A stretch of DNA of 64,000 nt from positions 5,412 to 69,411 of IMG/VR virus record IMGVR_UViG_3300038673_000315; one strand, 5' to 3'. The notes beneath the pieces are model-generated. The model ran no database searches, was not told where the DNA came from, and saw only the letters and a program-made list of their open reading frames with translations. This document shows positions 47,143 through 55,868 of this stretch, piece by piece. The translations under genes and the position numbers were made by a program. This stretch comes from a virus. Its lineage: Duplodnaviria; Caudoviricetes. The first letter of the stretch is position 1. Every line of letters starts with the position of its first letter.

Positions 47143-47276
47143 AAATAAAACACGATTCATTTTTTGTTGTTTTTATTTATCTGATAAAAAAACACACTGA
47201 ATAAAAAATAAAAACATTTATCAATACAACAAAAGAATAAATCAAAATGGATATTATTTTTGAGACAATGCTTTTT

Positions 47277-47744
47277 CTAAAACATGTAAAGACACACACC
47301 CTTTGCACCAACAAACCCCTGTCCCAACACAAGAGAGCAGCCGATGCCGATGCCGCCGAAAAGACGGACATAACCAGTATCGAGAAAAGCCCCAGAGATT
47401 CCATAGCCAACACCCCCAATTATCATATTTTCCGGTCTTTCAAGATTGATCCTTGCTTCTCTCGACCATCTTCTTTCAACCAACCCCGCTTCCGCTTTGA
47501 CAGTATCGCCTGCAATGGATATTTCAAGCATTGGTCTGTCGGTATAATACTTTTGAAGTTGCTCTCGCAGTTCTCTTTCTGTCATTGCCGAAACTTCACG
47601 ATATACGATCCGGTCTTTCCATTCTATTTCTTTTTGAGTTATTGTTTTCACTTCCGGTTTCGCGCTGTAATATCCTCCGATCCACCCGCCCGCAAAACAC
47701 GCAAAAGAAAAAACGAGAAAAGCCGTCACAACATACCTGTTCAT
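47277..47744 (-). CDS. Membrane protein: N-terminal TM, coiled linker, C-terminal amphipathic beta-strands (spanin-like candidate)
   Basis: Start MNRYVV at 47744 (AGGTGG SD); Gly/aromatic alternating C-terminus ending YMF. Confidence 0.5.
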   Translation of the reverse strand: MNRYVVTAFLVFSFACFAGGWIGGYYSAKPEVKTITQKEIEWKDRIVYREVSAMTERELREQLQKYYTDRPMLEISIAGDTVKAEAGLVERRWSREARINLERPENMIIGGVGYGISGAFLDTGYVRLFGGIGIGCSLVLGQGFVGAKGVCLYMF

Positions 47745-47902
47745 GCTTGCCACCTATTCTATTTTCGATTGATAATTGATATATGTTAAAAATGATTTTT
47801 GTGAGGATGGAGAGAACGCCGCCAACTGGAAACAACAGAAAACCAGTTGACGGCATACCCAAAGGAGATATTCGATATACCCAAGCAACCGCAGATATTA
47901 CA

Positions 47903-48178
47903 TTACACCGCTTCTAATTTGTCAACGACATTTTTCCTGTCATGGTAACGCTTCAAACTGCGTTCCTTCAGGGCTTCGCGGTTTTTTTGATAATATGACG
48001 CCGCCCTGTCTGGGTTGTAGTTTTCCGGCTTGTAATTCAATTTCGCCCTGCATTTTTTACAGAGTGGTAAAGGCTTTTTTGTTCGGCTGTCCACGGAGAA
48101 ATTGTCAAGCGGCAAATATTCACCGCACCCCATCCCTGCTTTATTTTGGCATATTTTTTTGACTGTTTCTGTTATCAT
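47903..48178 (-). CDS. Zinc-finger protein (HNH-associated type finger)
   Basis: CQNK..MGCGEYLPLDNF...LCKKC; YYQKNRE helix. Confidence 0.55.
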   Translation of the reverse strand: MITETVKKICQNKAGMGCGEYLPLDNFSVDSRTKKPLPLCKKCRAKLNYKPENYNPDRAASYYQKNREALKERSLKRYHDRKNVVDKLEAV

Positions 48179-50520
48179 TGTATTAGTTCCTCTTTTGCGT
48201 TTTCCTGTATTGCGTCCGGTTCCTGAATGCCACCAGTTGTAGTATATGACAAAACCTCTTCGCGCTTCATGTTCATCATTGCCTGTGCCGCTTCCATGCT
48301 GACAAATTTCCGGCTTCTGCGTGTGCCTGACTGGTCTGTTTGTATTTCAATCATTTGTTCAGATTGCAGCAGTGTTTCGATAATGTCTTTGCGGACATAG
48401 GACGGGACATTCTGTGTTTTTCTTGTTATCTGTGAAAGAGTCATTCCGTTTGTGCCTGATTCGCGGATTGCCTTCAGTACACGTTTAACCTCATGCTCAT
48501 GTGAGCTGTCGGCAACATGATTTTCCGCGATAAAGAAGGTATGATCCGAAAGGTGTTTTGCAAGCGCAATTCCGTAAAGCATTTCCCGTTCTGTTATTAT
48601 CGGCTCAAAATCAAGCCTTGAAACACTGGCAATAAGTGATATTTGTTCGGCCATCAATGCAGTCCTTGCGTAAAGAGTGTCTGGCCTTCCTTGTGTTCTC
48701 AGTCTTGCCCTGAATTTGTGAATATCCCGGCAAAAGTCATGTAGTATGCTGGTGGCTTGTTTGGTCATGCGGTAACACTGCGGATTGCATTTTATCTCCT
48801 GAATAGTCCCTGCTGCTGATGGATTTATCGGCAAATCGTGCAGCTTGACAATCCCGTTCATAAGTGCGGGTGACGGGTTGACCGCCAGATCAATGCGGTT
48901 TCCGTGTTCGTCAAATATCCTTGTTTCCGGGTCTGGATCGTCTGATTCAAAAATCATCATCCGCGATAAAAAACCGTCAGACAGATTTTCAACAGTCAAC
49001 CCCTTGTAGAGCGTGTCCGGTACTGTCGTGCCGTACAGGCAAAGGTTTGGGCAGTCCACGGTTATATTGTTTTCACGGCTGGCATAGATTTTACCATGCC
49101 ACACAGATGAAGATGAAGAGTATAGCTTCATAAGAACAGAAACGACATTGTAAAGGTGCGGATTATTGCTGCTGCTGGTGGTTCTTATAAACCGTCCTAT
49201 TTCATCCAAAAGAAAAAGCTGTGACGGTGAAAGGGCGATTGCTGAAGAAATTGCCGCATCTGACGCAATGTCTTCAACTTGTGCAAGGTGAGAAAGTTCG
49301 CACTCTCCCAAAAGTTTCTTTATCGCGCTTCTGGGTGCGTCTTTCCCGCAACCGCTCGCACCGACACCCAAAACATAAATATTTGTTCTGGCATCTGATT
49401 CCGTTCGCACCTTGCGCCCGGCTAAAGTGCCAACAAGTGCAAGACTTGCAGCGAGTGACAATATTGGCTGCGGTTTGATTGATCTTGCCATGATGTACCG
49501 CTGAATTTCACCAATCAGCCCGTCACATTGCAAAAGGTGATTCGGAAAAATTTCTTCTTTTTTATCTTCACACGACTGGTTTATCACTTCAAGGTTGACG
49601 CCGCCGCTTCCGTTGTTAAATTCCAAAGCCGTTAGATTTATACCGTATTCACGCGCCAAATTGTTACAGTCTGCGGTCGTGATCGTTGACACCCATCCGT
49701 TTTTTTTCGCCTCATGAAAGAGACTTGCAAGAGTAATTTCATGCACCCGTAGCCCGTTCCATCGTTTTCTCTGATCTTCAGGGTTGTATTTTTCTGAAAG
49801 TTTTGACCATTCATCCCAAAGGCCAAAAGCGGAAACTGAACCGGTTGACTTCAAGGCCATGCCTATTCTGATCCATGTATCGCGATCATCTGCGTCAATG
49901 TATGCAAGGGCTGACCGGATTTCCCTGACCTCTGTCTGGTCAAGGACATTCGCCCGCATGACCGATTCCTGTATTTCTGTTTTCTTTTTATACTCTTCAA
50001 TCCATGCCGGTAAAATTGCGCATCGGCTGTGCAGTGTGCGGATAATGTCAGTTTCATCTTCTGTCGTATCGTAAAAACAATAATTTGCGCCGTTCGGAGC
50101 GCATACATACGATCCATTTGCGCGAATATCAACAGGAATAGATTTATCGAGAAAACGCGCTTTCCCAGACAAAAGCGTATCTGATTCAATGCGGTAATAC
50201 AGGTGACGACCGCCCGACATTGTTTCGACTTCGAGCGTTTCCGGCAAATCGCCGTATTTCTCTTTCACCAGTTCCTTAAATTCATCGACACTGCGAATAT
50301 CTCCGTCTTTATTTATGTCGATGTCAATAACGACAATTTTATTGGTGTTCCCGCACGGCAGGCCAATATTAAAGTCAGAGCGGTAAAATTGGGTTTGAAG
50401 TATGGCAGTGTCTGTTGTTGCGGCATAAAAACCGTTGGCGATTGCCGGTGTTTTGTTTTTCGTACAAGCGAAAATGCTTAATCCGCTTTCGGCATAGGCT
50501 TCAATGTAGTTCTTTAGCAT
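48175..50520 (-). CDS. Bifunctional DNA primase-polymerase with PriCT-2 and DUF3987-type ATPase domain
   Basis: NIGLPCG...VVIDID...GGRHLYY (Prim-Pol); DDRDTWIRIGMALK..WDEWS (PriCT-2); GASGCGKD and LLDEIG ATPase motifs. Confidence 0.88.
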   Translation of the reverse strand: MLKNYIEAYAESGLSIFACTKNKTPAIANGFYAATTDTAILQTQFYRSDFNIGLPCGNTNKIVVIDIDINKDGDIRSVDEFKELVKEKYGDLPETLEVETMSGGRHLYYRIESDTLLSGKARFLDKSIPVDIRANGSYVCAPNGANYCFYDTTEDETDIIRTLHSRCAILPAWIEEYKKKTEIQESVMRANVLDQTEVREIRSALAYIDADDRDTWIRIGMALKSTGSVSAFGLWDEWSKLSEKYNPEDQRKRWNGLRVHEITLASLFHEAKKNGWVSTITTADCNNLAREYGINLTALEFNNGSGGVNLEVINQSCEDKKEEIFPNHLLQCDGLIGEIQRYIMARSIKPQPILSLAASLALVGTLAGRKVRTESDARTNIYVLGVGASGCGKDAPRSAIKKLLGECELSHLAQVEDIASDAAISSAIALSPSQLFLLDEIGRFIRTTSSSNNPHLYNVVSVLMKLYSSSSSVWHGKIYASRENNITVDCPNLCLYGTTVPDTLYKGLTVENLSDGFLSRMMIFESDDPDPETRIFDEHGNRIDLAVNPSPALMNGIVKLHDLPINPSAAGTIQEIKCNPQCYRMTKQATSILHDFCRDIHKFRARLRTQGRPDTLYARTALMAEQISLIASVSRLDFEPIITEREMLYGIALAKHLSDHTFFIAENHVADSSHEHEVKRVLKAIRESGTNGMTLSQITRKTQNVPSYVRKDIIETLLQSEQMIEIQTDQSGTRRSRKFVSMEAAQAMMNMKREEVLSYTTTGGIQEPDAIQENAKEELIQ

Positions 50521-50542
50521 TGTTTTTTCCTTTGGGCGTAAT

Positions 50543-50577
50543 AAAGCCGTGACAGATTTTCCCTGTCACGGCTTTTC
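50543..50577 (-). terminator. Hairpin between Nmad5-like gene and primase
   Basis: aaagccgtgacag-N7-ctgtcacggcttt. Confidence 0.55.
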
Positions 50578-50579
50578 TT

Positions 50580-51137
50580 TTATTGGAGTATCATTCTGGC
50601 TTTGTCGGGTATAATCATCGGTAATGCCGTGTCCATAAGTATGTCTTGTGGGATATATGCCTGTATCTCCGGCAAAACTTCAATTAATTTTTTTGTTGTT
50701 GTTATGGATTTCAGAACACCGGAAATAATGCGCCTGTTTTCATCTCGTTCTTTTTCTGCGCATTGACGTTTTGCGAATAACTCCGATGCTTTGAACGTGT
50801 CGAAGTAGTGATCTACATGCTTTCTTCCTGACCGCAGACGTGCTTCGCTGTTTCCATTATACCAGCAAAAGGGAATGAAAACCTTTTCCGCTGCATCGTG
50901 ACGGATATACGTATAATCGCTGGTGTAGTAATAAAACTTTTGCGCCATTGCAAGCACATATCCGCCGTGATTTTCGTTTGCGTCAATCATGTCCTGAAAA
51001 TCGCGGCAAAATGCCGCAATCCCGGATTCAAAGAAGTCCGCAATTTCAGCCTGAACCGCATTGATTTCTTCTGATAGTTTTTTTGTCGTGACTTCTTTTA
51101 TAATCCTGTCACGCGCTTCATTTGTGAGTTTTCCCAT
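50580..51137 (-). CDS. Nucleotide-modification-associated domain 5 (Nmad5)-like protein
   Basis: MGKLTNEARDRII...LKSITTTKKLIEVLPE; start MGK at 51137. Confidence 0.65.
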   Translation of the reverse strand: MGKLTNEARDRIIKEVTTKKLSEEINAVQAEIADFFESGIAAFCRDFQDMIDANENHGGYVLAMAQKFYYYTSDYTYIRHDAAEKVFIPFCWYNGNSEARLRSGRKHVDHYFDTFKASELFAKRQCAEKERDENRRIISGVLKSITTTKKLIEVLPEIQAYIPQDILMDTALPMIIPDKARMILQ

Positions 51138-51200
51138 TTTATTTACTTTCCTTTGGATACAATAGCTCTCAATACTGTTGTTAGAAATGGCCAAAAACCA

Positions 51201-51226
51201 TGTGACAAAAGGTGGCTTATGTCACA
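51201..51226. promoter_or_regulatory. Inverted-repeat operator TGTGACAAAAG-N-TTATGTCA, copy 1
   Basis: Shared with 61437-61463; both precede leftward replication operons. Confidence 0.5.
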
Positions 51227-51479
51227 GACCGGCTTATTTGGAGTTTCTTCTTATAAAAGCACTCTTCCTGTTGTCCTGAATTTCTAAATCGGGGTTGAAT
51301 CGGCATACCCTATATGCAAGAACACAATAACCGATTGCGATAACAAGAATGATAATGATTGCACTCATGTTTATTCACTCCATCATTAAGATTGATTATG
51401 TCTGTCTGCAATGTAGTTTTAGTCAATAACAAAAACTCTAAAATATCGGAATTTTTTTTCAGATTGCCGATTTTTTTTC

Positions 51480-51508
51480 TTGACGAATGTATATACATGA
51501 TATACATT
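51480..51508 (+). promoter_or_regulatory. Early promoter
   Basis: TTGACG-17-TACATT with an ATGTATATACAT palindrome in the spacer. Confidence 0.65.
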
Positions 51509-51555
51509 GAATTTATCAAAGCGGCTGATGCCGAGAATAAAAAAGAGGTGGAAAA

Positions 51556-52044
51556 ATGACATACGAAAATTTTAAGAAGATGAATAGAAAAGCAGAAAAA
51601 ACGGTAACTCTCCCGAATGGATGGAAAGTTACCATCAAAAGCGAAAAATTCTTAACCACCCTAAAGGGTGGTTGGGAGACCGCTGATGAAACCATTTGCG
51701 GGAATGATAAAGAAATCATCGTCCGCGATAAGGACGGAAAAATAATAGCCGATGGAGGGGAAATTATAGAAATTTCTCCAAAGTCACCTGTCGAAATACA
51801 GCGCGAATTGGGTGGCAAAGGGTGTGTTGCCTACCTGATAGGCACAAGGTTTGGAATGCGCGAAGAAAGCTATAAGATCGTAAAAACGGCATTCGATGCC
51901 GTGAACGCGGAAACCGATTTTCCGGAATACATAGAGTATCTTGCCATTAAGGCAGAAGAAGAAAGAAGGGCTGAATTAGCCGATGCGGTTAAAACTGTTG
52001 AAGCGTATCAGGAAGCAAAAAAAATAATTGAGGGTGTAAAATGA
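51556..52044 (+). CDS. Early hypothetical protein
   Basis: GAGG SD; first gene after the promoter. Confidence 0.65.
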   Translation: MTYENFKKMNRKAEKTVTLPNGWKVTIKSEKFLTTLKGGWETADETICGNDKEIIVRDKDGKIIADGGEIIEISPKSPVEIQRELGGKGCVAYLIGTRFGMREESYKIVKTAFDAVNAETDFPEYIEYLAIKAEEERRAELADAVKTVEAYQEAKKIIEGVK

Positions 52045-52325
52045 ACGAAACTGAAAAAATTCTCGAAAAATTATCTTGCCCGAAAGGTTTTGTCGTGGCG
52101 AGGGAAGAGCTACCAAAAGCCCCCTGCCGTGTAATGGCGCAAATTGCGCTTAAAAACCCGAACCAATCCGGGAGTTTTTATGACATGATCCTTGTCGATT
52201 GGGGCGGTGAAAGATGGTGCTTAAAAGAAATGTACACTGTCACATATTGGCGGTATTTGACTGAGAGTGAAAAACGTCTTGAAGAAGAAATTGAAAAAAG
52301 ATTAAAAGGAGAAAAATCAGAATGA
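52041..52325 (+). CDS. Hypothetical protein
   Basis: ATGA-coupled. Confidence 0.6.
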   Translation: MNETEKILEKLSCPKGFVVAREELPKAPCRVMAQIALKNPNQSGSFYDMILVDWGGERWCLKEMYTVTYWRYLTESEKRLEEEIEKRLKGEKSE

Positions 52326-52465
52326 AAAAACGAGATGAAATTATCGCTGAAATTAAAAAAAGCGGAGTGAGGTTTGAAAGCATTGACGATGCCATTGCAT
52401 ACATCGTCAAGAAATACGATTGCAGCCGGTTTTCAGCAATGAAGATTGCCAATTATTTTTTCTGA
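52322..52465 (+). CDS. Small hypothetical protein (47 aa)
   Basis: Hand-translated MKKRDEIIAEIKKSGVRF...KIANYFF*; ATGA-coupled. Confidence 0.5.
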   Translation: MKKRDEIIAEIKKSGVRFESIDDAIAYIVKKYDCSRFSAMKIANYFF

Positions 52466-52538
52466 AAAACAAAAATGGTATTGATTGACTGTATATAATG
52501 TATATCGTTGATCAATACTGTTTATTTAAGAGGTTATT

Positions 52539-52727
52539 ATGACTACTGAGAAAAAAACAAAAAAAGAAAAGCCGGTCAGTATCATTTTCCGGCTTCGCGG
52601 AGAGCGGCAAAGAGACGCTCTGCAAACATCCCTATTTTCAATAAAAAAAAATACGGGGGAAAATTACCCCGACATTCTCGAAAGACTTCTCGAAAAAGAA
52701 GTAAAAAATATGGAGGTAAAAAAATGA
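52539..52727 (+). CDS. Ribbon-helix-helix-like regulator (putative)
   Basis: VSIIFRLRG...DILERLLEKE; own promoter-like sequence at 52481-52508. Confidence 0.5.
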   Translation: MTTEKKTKKEKPVSIIFRLRGERQRDALQTSLFSIKKNTGENYPDILERLLEKEVKNMEVKK

Positions 52728-53035
52728 ATGAGATAAGACATTTTCTGTATTTTCTCATGTATTCATCCGGGGCTGATTATCGCCTTTCGGTTGCTGCGGA
52801 GATTATTTTCTTTTCCGCGATGCTTGCTCTTGTTGTAAGGGTTTACAGACTTGTGCGGAGCGGTGAGTTTATCACACATAAAGATAAAGAGCTTTTCCTT
52901 TACAATCGCATGGTCAGCGAACCGCCACTGCTTGATCCTGAAGTAACGCGCATTCTTTCAGAAATCCGCGTTGATCTTGAAAAAAGCGGCATTGATACAT
53001 TCAGAAAATTTAACGATGGTTTGGACGAAAAATGA
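52724..53035 (+). CDS. Membrane protein
   Basis: One TM; ATGA-coupled. Confidence 0.5.
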   Translation: MNEIRHFLYFLMYSSGADYRLSVAAEIIFFSAMLALVVRVYRLVRSGEFITHKDKELFLYNRMVSEPPLLDPEVTRILSEIRVDLEKSGIDTFRKFNDGLDEK

Positions 53036-53244
53036 AAATGTATCTGAATGATGATGCGGAATTTTTAACAAAAACGGCAACCGGTTTTCTCGAAAAGTCC
53101 GGAATGGAGAAGGAAAAGGCGATTAAATTCCTTAAAGATGTGATCCGAAAAAAGGGATTTTCTGAAGGAATAAAAAACACGCTTCTGGACGATGCCTGCA
53201 TCGAACACGCGCAAAACATCTTAAAGGGGATAGAGCTACTATGA
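53032..53244 (+). CDS. Hypothetical protein
   Basis: ATGA-coupled on both sides. Confidence 0.55.
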   Translation: MKMYLNDDAEFLTKTATGFLEKSGMEKEKAIKFLKDVIRKKGFSEGIKNTLLDDACIEHAQNILKGIELL

Positions 53245-53799
53245 TTAACGAAAAACATGTAATGATTGATATTGAAACAATGAGTACCGAAAAAAAATGC
53301 TGCAATAGTACAGATTGCAGCAGTTTACTTTGATTTTTCAGATGAGCCAAGAGAGGAAATATTATTTTTTAGAAATGTCTGTCTTTTATCGAATGATTCG
53401 TTCAAGAGGCATTGCAGCGGTTCGACAGTAGATTTTTGGTTGAATAATGCCGAAAATATAACATGGAGAGAGGATGCTAAAGACCTTGACGGAACATTGC
53501 TCAGCTTGAAAAGGTTTCTTTATCTGAATTATGGCAGAACCGGACACAAGGTTAATGTTTGGGCAAATTCACCATCCTTTGACATTGAAATACTTGAAAA
53601 TGCGGCAAAAACATGTGGCGTTACAATACCGGAGTTTAATTTCCGCAATCGCCGCGATCTGCGCACCATTACCGCGATGTGTCCAGAAGTTGTAAAAAAC
53701 TTTGATTGGGGTTCTGGGACGTATCATAATGCCCTTGACGATTGCCGCAATCAAATTCGCTTACTTAAAAAATGCCTGAAGGAATTGAGATGGATATAG
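53241..53799 (+). pseudogene. DEDDh 3'-5' exonuclease split by a +1 frameshift at an A8 run
   Basis: MIDIETMSTEK then A8 at 53290-53297. With A7 it reads NAAIVQIAAVYFD...WANSPSFDIEIL...HNALDDC, giving a complete DEDDh motif set. Confidence 0.8.
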
Positions 53800-54101
53800 G
53801 GAAAAGCAATAATCTTCGCCATTTGATAGAATACTATGCGCAATCCGGTTCGCCAGCGGAGCAAAGAGTTGTATTAAAGAGAATTTTTTCAATACTGAAC
53901 CATAAAACTGTTTTCTCATTCAGTGTTGGTGAGCCTGTTTTCCTTGACGGAGAAATTGCGCATATTCGTTCGCGTTTTATTTGTGTCGAAAGCGGCGAAA
54001 GGTATTACTCACTTGACAATGACCTTTTTGCCAATGAAAAATTTATCAATAATATCATAGAGGGTATGGTCGAATATGAAGGTAACAAAAACAATGTGTG
54101 A
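53772..54101 (+). CDS. Hypothetical protein
   Basis: Coupled ORF; probable start MDIGK. Confidence 0.5.
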   Translation: MPEGIEMDIGKSNNLRHLIEYYAQSGSPAEQRVVLKRIFSILNHKTVFSFSVGEPVFLDGEIAHIRSRFICVESGERYYSLDNDLFANEKFINNIIEGMVEYEGNKNNV

Positions 54102-54279
54102 CGTGTGCAGAAAAGACACTGATTTGTCAGGCGGTATTGGGACACTGTATTTTGCTTTTACCACTGGTGCAGATGGTGTTGTTGAAAAACATCCGCATTT
54201 ATGCCGCCATTGCAGCGAAATTTTGCGCGATTATATTCAATCAGGAATACAGAAGGCGGAAAAAACAAATTCACTCTAA
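54076..54279 (+). CDS. Small zinc-binding protein
   Basis: CDVC...HLCRHC. Confidence 0.5.
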   Translation: MKVTKTMCDVCRKDTDLSGGIGTLYFAFTTGADGVVEKHPHLCRHCSEILRDYIQSGIQKAEKTNSL

Positions 54280-54329
54280 AAATTTAATTGGAGCTTTTCA
54301 CAGGACGCAAAAAGCGATAAGGGGGAGTT

Positions 54330-54494
54330 ATGGGAGTATATTGCAAGCTGGTAACAGATAAGGAACAAATTTCTTTAGATAGAATATTCTGTGGTTCTAC
54401 TACTAAAACTCCCCCGTGCGCTACGGGGGATGTTCGGAGCGACACGGTTGTCACGGGTTCGGTGGGTTCGACTCCCACCCGCTCCAAAGCATAA
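54330..54494 (+). CDS. Small ORF (54 aa) overlapping structured RNA
   Basis: GGGGGAG SD before ATG 54330; ends TAA 54494; coding status uncertain. Confidence 0.3.
   Translation: MGVYCKLVTDKEQISLDRIFCGSTTKTPPCATGDVRSDTVVTGSVGSTPTRSKA
54436..54486 (+). ncRNA. tRNA-like element (acceptor stem + T arm, no anticodon arm)
   Basis: GGAGCG...GGTGGG-TTCGACT-CCCACC-CGCTCC-A; only 19 nt between the 5' strand and the T stem. Confidence 0.55.
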
Positions 54495-54508
54495 TAAAAT
54501 GAGAGGTA

Positions 54509-55330
54509 ATGACGATGGAACAAACAAAATTAGATGAAATTTTAAGGCTGCATAAACTGTGGCTTAAAAATGATGATGGTGGAGTTCGCGCCAACCTGAC
54601 ACACTCCGACCTGACACGCGCCGACCTGACAGGCGCAGACCTGACAGGCGCAGACCTGACACACTCCGACCTGACACGCGCCGACCTGACAGGCGCAGAC
54701 CTGACAGGCGCAGACCTGAGAGGCGCCGACCTGACACGCGCCGACCTGACACGCGCCGTCCTGACAGGCGCAGACCTGAGAGGCGCCGTCCTGACAGGCG
54801 CAGACCTGACACGCGCCGTCCTGACAGGCGCCGTCCTGACAGACGCCGACATGTCACACTCCGACCTGACAGGCGCAGACCTGAGAGGCGCCGACATGTC
54901 ACACTCCGACCTGACACGCGCCGACCTGACACGCGCCGTCCTGACAGGCGCAGACCTGAGAGGCGCCGACATGTCACACTCCGTCCTAAAATGCGCCGTC
55001 CTGAGAGGCGCCGTCCTGTCAGGCGCCGACATGACACACGCCGTCCTGACAGACGCCGTCCTGACACACGCCGTCCTGACACACGCCGTCCTGAGAGGCG
55101 CCGTCCTGACAGACGCTATCCTTGACTTCGCATCGCTCCCGCTTTGGTGCGGGTCTCTGAAAATGATAACCGACCGTCGGCAGCGGGTGCAAATTGCATA
55201 CCATCTGGCATCGCTCATCAAGCATGGCGCAGACGTTGGCGACGACGAAAAAGCGCTGTACAATGCAATGCTTGATTATGTCAACGAGTTCCACCGCACC
55301 GAATGTGACAGACTGGAGGTAATTATATGA
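54509..55330 (+). CDS. Pentapeptide repeat protein
   Basis: 35 tandem (L/M)-x-x-(A/S)-(D/V) units; C-terminal LPLWCGSL...QIAYH domain. Confidence 0.92.
   Translation: MTMEQTKLDEILRLHKLWLKNDDGGVRANLTHSDLTRADLTGADLTGADLTHSDLTRADLTGADLTGADLRGADLTRADLTRAVLTGADLRGAVLTGADLTRAVLTGAVLTDADMSHSDLTGADLRGADMSHSDLTRADLTRAVLTGADLRGADMSHSVLKCAVLRGAVLSGADMTHAVLTDAVLTHAVLTHAVLRGAVLTDAILDFASLPLWCGSLKMITDRRQRVQIAYHLASLIKHGADVGDDEKALYNAMLDYVNEFHRTECDRLEVII
54596..55120 (+). repeat. 35 x 15-bp tandem repeat (ctgacaggcgcagac-type)
   Basis: Counted directly; units 1-4 equal units 5-8 exactly (60-bp duplication). Confidence 0.95.
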
Positions 55331-55576
55331 CAATAACCCTATTAAGCGTCACGCCAGACGCGGAAAAACTTATCGAGATTGCTGGACGGACGTGCTACAA
55401 AAGCGAGCAGGGTTTTCTCCGGTCGGGTTTTCGGAGATAGAAAAATTCCCGTCTGCCGTTTTGGCGCATCATTATCCGTGATTATTCTTGGCAATCTTCA
55501 TGCGATTGCGCCGTCTGTTTTTTCCGACCTGATGGACAAATACAACTGCTTGGAGTGTGGCGACAATGGAAAATAA
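55327..55576 (+). pseudogene. thyX: thyX remnant (N- and C-termini only)
   Basis: MTITLLSVTPDAEKLIEIAGRTCYKSE, then stop at 55440. Another frame gives IILGNLHAIAPSVFSDL. The catalytic RHR core is absent. Confidence 0.65.
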
Positions 55577-55868
55577 TACACAAATGGATATTGAAATTCT
55601 TTTTTCAAATGCTCAAATTTTCTTTGGAAATTTCAAGAATTTTCTCAAAGAGAAAAATCGGAGATATGGCGACAGTGCATTGAAGCCGGTAAAAATTTTC
55701 AACAAGACCGATAGCAAAAATTCAATCCTGATCCGTCTTGACGACAAGATTAACCGCATTATCAATTCCGATGAAATAAGAAAAAACGACATGGCCGATA
55801 TTCTTGGCTATGTCGCTTTATACATGATTGCAAATGGCTGGACAGATTTTGACGATCTGTTAGATTGA
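55557..55868 (+). CDS. Nucleotide-modification-associated domain 1 (DUF1599-like) protein
   Basis: KNRRYGDS...IRLDDKINRI...DILGY. Confidence 0.7.
   Translation: MATMENNTQMDIEILFSNAQIFFGNFKNFLKEKNRRYGDSALKPVKIFNKTDSKNSILIRLDDKINRIINSDEIRKNDMADILGYVALYMIANGWTDFDDLLD

Noticed and set aside
52488-52515. dif-like site (ATAATGTATAT)
   Set aside because: Only the centre matches E. coli dif; the XerD arm does not. Better explained as the GTATATA promoter box.
54436-54486. A complete tRNA gene
   Set aside because: Too short; no anticodon arm or D-loop GG.
54596-55120. 15-bp repeats as a CRISPR array
   Set aside because: Units are contiguous with no spacers and encode an in-frame pentapeptide protein.
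54451-55263. Long minus-strand ORFs (270 and 172 aa) of RSAPVRTA/SGRRLS repeats
   Set aside because: Shadow frames of the pentapeptide repeat.
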